A DNA stretch of 11,835 nucleotides from Fonticula alba ATCC 38817 (lineage: Eukaryota > Protista > Nucleariida), in assembly GCA_000388065.2 (NCBI GenBank), contig KB932204.1; one strand, 5' to 3'. The translations under genes and the position numbers were made by a program. This document shows positions 8,752-11,835 of this stretch, piece by piece. Every line of letters starts with the position of its first letter. Position 1 is the first letter of the stretch. The notes under the pieces are model-generated. The model saw nothing but the letters and a program-made list of their open reading frames with translations. It ran no database searches and was not told the DNA's origin.

Positions 8752-11731
8752 ATGTCACGACCAATCCTGCGGCTGTCGGAACTGCTGGCCGACGGGGATG
8801 CACCGCAAGCAGCACCCTCCCGCTCCTTGACGCCCCCACCACCGACACCGCCGCCCATTCCGTTAGAGGAGGAGTCCCCCATCCTGCCCGCCGAGCTGGC
8901 CGCCGCCTTCGGCACATACCCTCCGCGAGCTGCCGTTCCACCGTCCGTGCCAGCCGTGCGCCTGCCGCCGGGCACCCGGTGCTCGAGCTTTCCCGAGGCC
9001 CTCAGCGCCTGCCCTGCGCGGATGGATGCCGCCCTGCACGCGGTGTCGCACCTGGTGGCGGCGGCCGGCTTCGAAGTCGCACAGCCAGCCGCCATCGGCC
9101 AGTTGGCCACACACCTAGACAACTGTGCGCCCTGCTTGCCCTTTCCTCCCTCACCTTCCTTGTGGGCTGCATGCCTCACGACTGATCTTATCCTTTTTTC
9201 TTTTTGCCTCCTCCTCACTTTCTCTCCCCCACCTCCCTCCCCCCTACATATATATATATATACGTATATCTGTTTGTTACACGTAGATCTGATGGCCCTA
9301 TGCAGCCGGACTGTGGCGTATGCCAGTCTAGCTGCCCGATCGCGGCCTACCCTGACGGACGCGTTCGCCGCCATCGGAGAGCTGTCTCCGGCGCGGGAGT
9401 TTCGCACCGGTCCCGGGCTCGGACGCATCTTGCGGCGCCCTCCGGCTGCCGGCAAGGCCCGTGCCGCTGGTGCCGATACCCGGGCCCCACGGTACACCCG
9501 ACGCGAGGCGGCCGGCACCAACCTGGCCAGCCGGGGTGTCGGGGGCCCTGGCGCTGCCCCCTTGGCGTACCAGCTCCGGAGTCTGTCACACTTCAGCTGG
9601 CACAACGAGCTGGCCCTGCGGTCGGTCGAGCGCGGATCACGCCGCTGGCGTCAGACCCAAGCCCACTGGCGCTTCTCCGCCGCTGGCAAGACCCCTCCAG
9701 CGGGATCGGCCCCCTTGTCGGCATCGGCCCCATTTGCTAGCGCCTTCGCCTCGGCCCCGGCCTTCGGCATCTGTTCGTCCACTCCTGCCTCCACACTGGT
9801 CCCTTCAAATTTTCACACGCCCCATGTCAGCTACTCACCCCCCGTCCTTATATGTCGGTTTATGTCAATATCCCCCCCCCCCCTCCCTTCTTTCTCCTCT
9901 CCCCTCCTTGTAGATTGCCCGAGCCCGGTGCCGCGCGACTTTCAGATCTCCCAACAGGTCGAGAGCCTTCGAAAGGTTCTATCGGCGGCACCGGTGGCCG
10001 ACTCGCCAGGAGGCGCTCCCGCCCCTCCGGGGCCGGCCCCAGGCAGCCTTGCCCTCTCGCTAGTGCAGTCCGGCGGAGCGCTACCCACCATTACCCGACG
10101 CAGTGCAGCGGTGACTGATGCCCTGGCCGCCCTCGACCGCGCAGCCGCTGGCGACCCGATGCAGGGCGTTGCCCTGTCGCTGCTCAGTAGCCCGATTGCC
10201 CTGGAAACGTGGCTTCCGCCGTTGCCCGCGGCGCACACCTTCCACTCCACACGGGTGCGCCCACACTCTTGATTGCCCCCACTCGCACGATGTTCATACT
10301 AAGCATGTGCTCATGCCCCCTCCGTCCTCCTCCCTCGCTCGCTCGCGCTCTCTCTCTCTCTCTCTCTCTTTCTCTCTTTCCCTTGTCCGCCTTCTCCCTC
10401 AGGTCGAGGCCAAGGTTGTTGTTGATGCGCCAGCATTGCAAGCCGCCGGGGCAGCGCAGCGCCGTGCCAGTTGCCGCTCGCTGGAGCGCCTCCTGCGCAT
10501 GACCGACCCCACGGCCGGACAATCGGTGTCCGACACGCCCGAACCCGCCACATTGGTGGACCTTCCCTCGCTTTTCCATACTCTGTCCCCGGTGTCAGAT
10601 CCGGTGTCAATCGAGCAGCAACCAGCTCCGAATGTGGTTCCGGGTGACGGGCCCCCCGTGAACGACCCCCCCCGGCCGTTGTCCCTCTCCTTCAGTGGGC
10701 TCCTCCGCTCGGCCTCCAAATCGCGCCTGCCCTCTGGCGCGTGTACTCCCCTACCGCCGGCCGAAGGGCAGGGCGCTTCCGCCAGCTTTGCCGGGGTACC
10801 GGACGATCGTCCGCCCCTGTCCTCACCCCATTTGCCACCGGCCGCCGCCGCCGCCACCACCGCCGCCGCCATGTCCGGCCCTTTGCCACTTCTTACGCCC
10901 AAGGTGGAGCCTTCAACCGGCACGTCGGGCGCCACATCTCCCATGCTCCCGCGTGTGATTCTATCCATCCCCTCATCGCCACTGAAGGGTGCCTTGACAT
11001 TGTCCCTTTCGCGATCGGCCAGTGTTGGGGATCCGCCCGGCACAGCGCCCCATTCACCGGAGTTGTCTACTTTGCCAACGCTCCCCGCTCTATCGGAGCC
11101 CGGGCCCCTGCTTCGGTCAGTGTCCTCGCCCGTGGGTCCGACCGGTGGCATGGACGTGGACCCATCGGGGGGGGCCCCGCTTTCGCCGCTCCTGCCTGGC
11201 CTGGCGGTGACCGTCAAGACCGAGGAGGGAATCCAGCGTGCGGCGCCGGCCCTGGAGTCGTTTGGCAGTGAGACGCCCCCGAGCCAGACCCCACGCAAGC
11301 TCTCCCTCTCCTTCACATTGCCCAAGGCACCAAGCGCTGACGCCCTCCCAGTGTCATCGCCGCCACCCCTGCCGCCGCCCCCCTCGTCATCCCTGCCTGC
11401 CATGGGTGAGGAGCGGCGGCCAGCCAGTGCCACGCCCGGCAGCCCGATGTCCCTGGCATCGACAGCCGGCCGGTCCGGTGCCGGCCCTCAGCCTGGCCCT
11501 TCCGCACCGCCTGCCTCGGCTTCGGACCCCTCGCCGGTGTCCAGTCCGGCCCCGCGATTGATCCTGTCATTATCGTCACCGGTGGCGGCAACCGCCCCGG
11601 TGGCGCCCGGGGGAGCGGGCTCCCCCTCTCTGGGGCCCATTGTCGCTCCTCCAGCCGTCGCTGCAATGTCCCCTGGACTTGAGGGTCATCCGATGGATGG
11701 TGATGATAGCGACGACTTTTCAGATGTCTAG
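8752..11731 (+). CDS. TAF8: TFIID subunit 8 (histone-fold Bromo_TP-type domain, TAF8_C region, long Pro/Ser-rich tail), 4 exons, about 842 aa
   Basis: Exons 8752-9124, 9287-9772, 9914-10254, 10403-11731 total 2529 nt. The spliced histone fold ALHAVSHLVAAAGFEVAQPAAIGQLATHLDNYLMALCSRTVAYASLAARSRPTLTDAFAAI resembles the TAF8 AGFE...Y...R..PTL.D pattern. The TAF8_C signature WLPPLPAAHTFHST is followed by AQRRASCRSLERLL. The intron 2 donor (9773, GTTCGT) is the least certain boundary; 9854 (GTCGGT) is an alternative. Confidence 0.88.
9247..9262 (+). repeat. (AT)n microsatellite in TAF8 intron 1
   Basis: catatatatatatata. Confidence 0.85.
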
Positions 11732-11835
11732 GCCATTGGGTCGTGCTTGCGCATTCCTGTCCCCTGTTCAATCCTCTCTTCCTCTCCCAAGTGAGAGGTG
11801 ATACATCCAGAAAAATGGGCACTCAAAGTGGGGTT
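10273..11835 (+). repeat. Duplicated segment B, copy 2
   Basis: Matches 3385..4951 and runs to the window end. Confidence 0.97.

Noticed and set aside
8749-10272. Single 507-aa ORF read as a membrane protein with hydrophobic segments
   Set aside because: The hydrophobic stretches (LILFSFCLLL, IYIYTYICLL) are translated introns. Splicing restores the histone fold.
8752-11731. Calling the histone-fold protein TAF3 or SPT7-like
   Set aside because: These share the Bromo_TP-type fold, but the LPPLP..HTF..T motif and following helix are TAF8-specific, and there is no PHD or bromodomain.
383-11731. Functional gene cluster linking methionine salvage, tRNA charging and TFIID
   Set aside because: No shared pathway, and adjacency of unrelated housekeeping genes is normal in compact eukaryotic genomes.
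1-11835. CRISPR arrays, transposons, tRNA/rRNA, prokaryotic defence or horizontally acquired genes
   Set aside because: I saw no repeat-spacer periodicity, terminal repeats, transposase/RT motifs or cloverleaf. The bacterial-type ProRS has a presequence and seven spliceosomal introns, consistent with ordinary mitochondrial ancestry.

Overview
GC-rich, intron-rich eukaryotic genomic DNA. The short C-rich introns with CTAAC/CTGAC branch points look like a fungus-allied or other unicellular opisthokont; this is an inference, not a taxonomic assignment. Three ordinary nuclear genes can be fully reconstructed across introns: a mitochondrial, bacterial-type prolyl-tRNA synthetase (- strand, 8 exons, 711 aa, 383..3303), acireductone dioxygenase ADI1/MtnD (- strand, 4 exons, 208 aa, 5069..5957) and TFIID subunit TAF8 (+ strand, 4 exons, about 842 aa, 8752..11731). 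The window is three contigs joined by two 10-N gaps (3375..3384, 7658..7667). Their ends overlap: 1..1578 = 6080..7657 and 3385..4951 = 10273..11835. The apparent second ProRS and TAF8 copies are therefore most likely one 8.67-kb locus (TAF8> <ADI1 <ProRS) scaffolded in reversed contig order. I found no mobile element, RNA gene, CRISPR array or novel multi-gene system. The points most worth following up are: donor sites that are GTRCGY with +4 C in 11 of 13 introns and +4 A in none; a TAF8 disordered tail carrying five copies of an LxLS[LFI]-type motif; a ProRS editing (INS) insertion that keeps its outline but lacks the catalytic motifs; and a 12-mer plus 3'-splice-site-like signal shared just upstream of the ProRS and TAF8 start codons.
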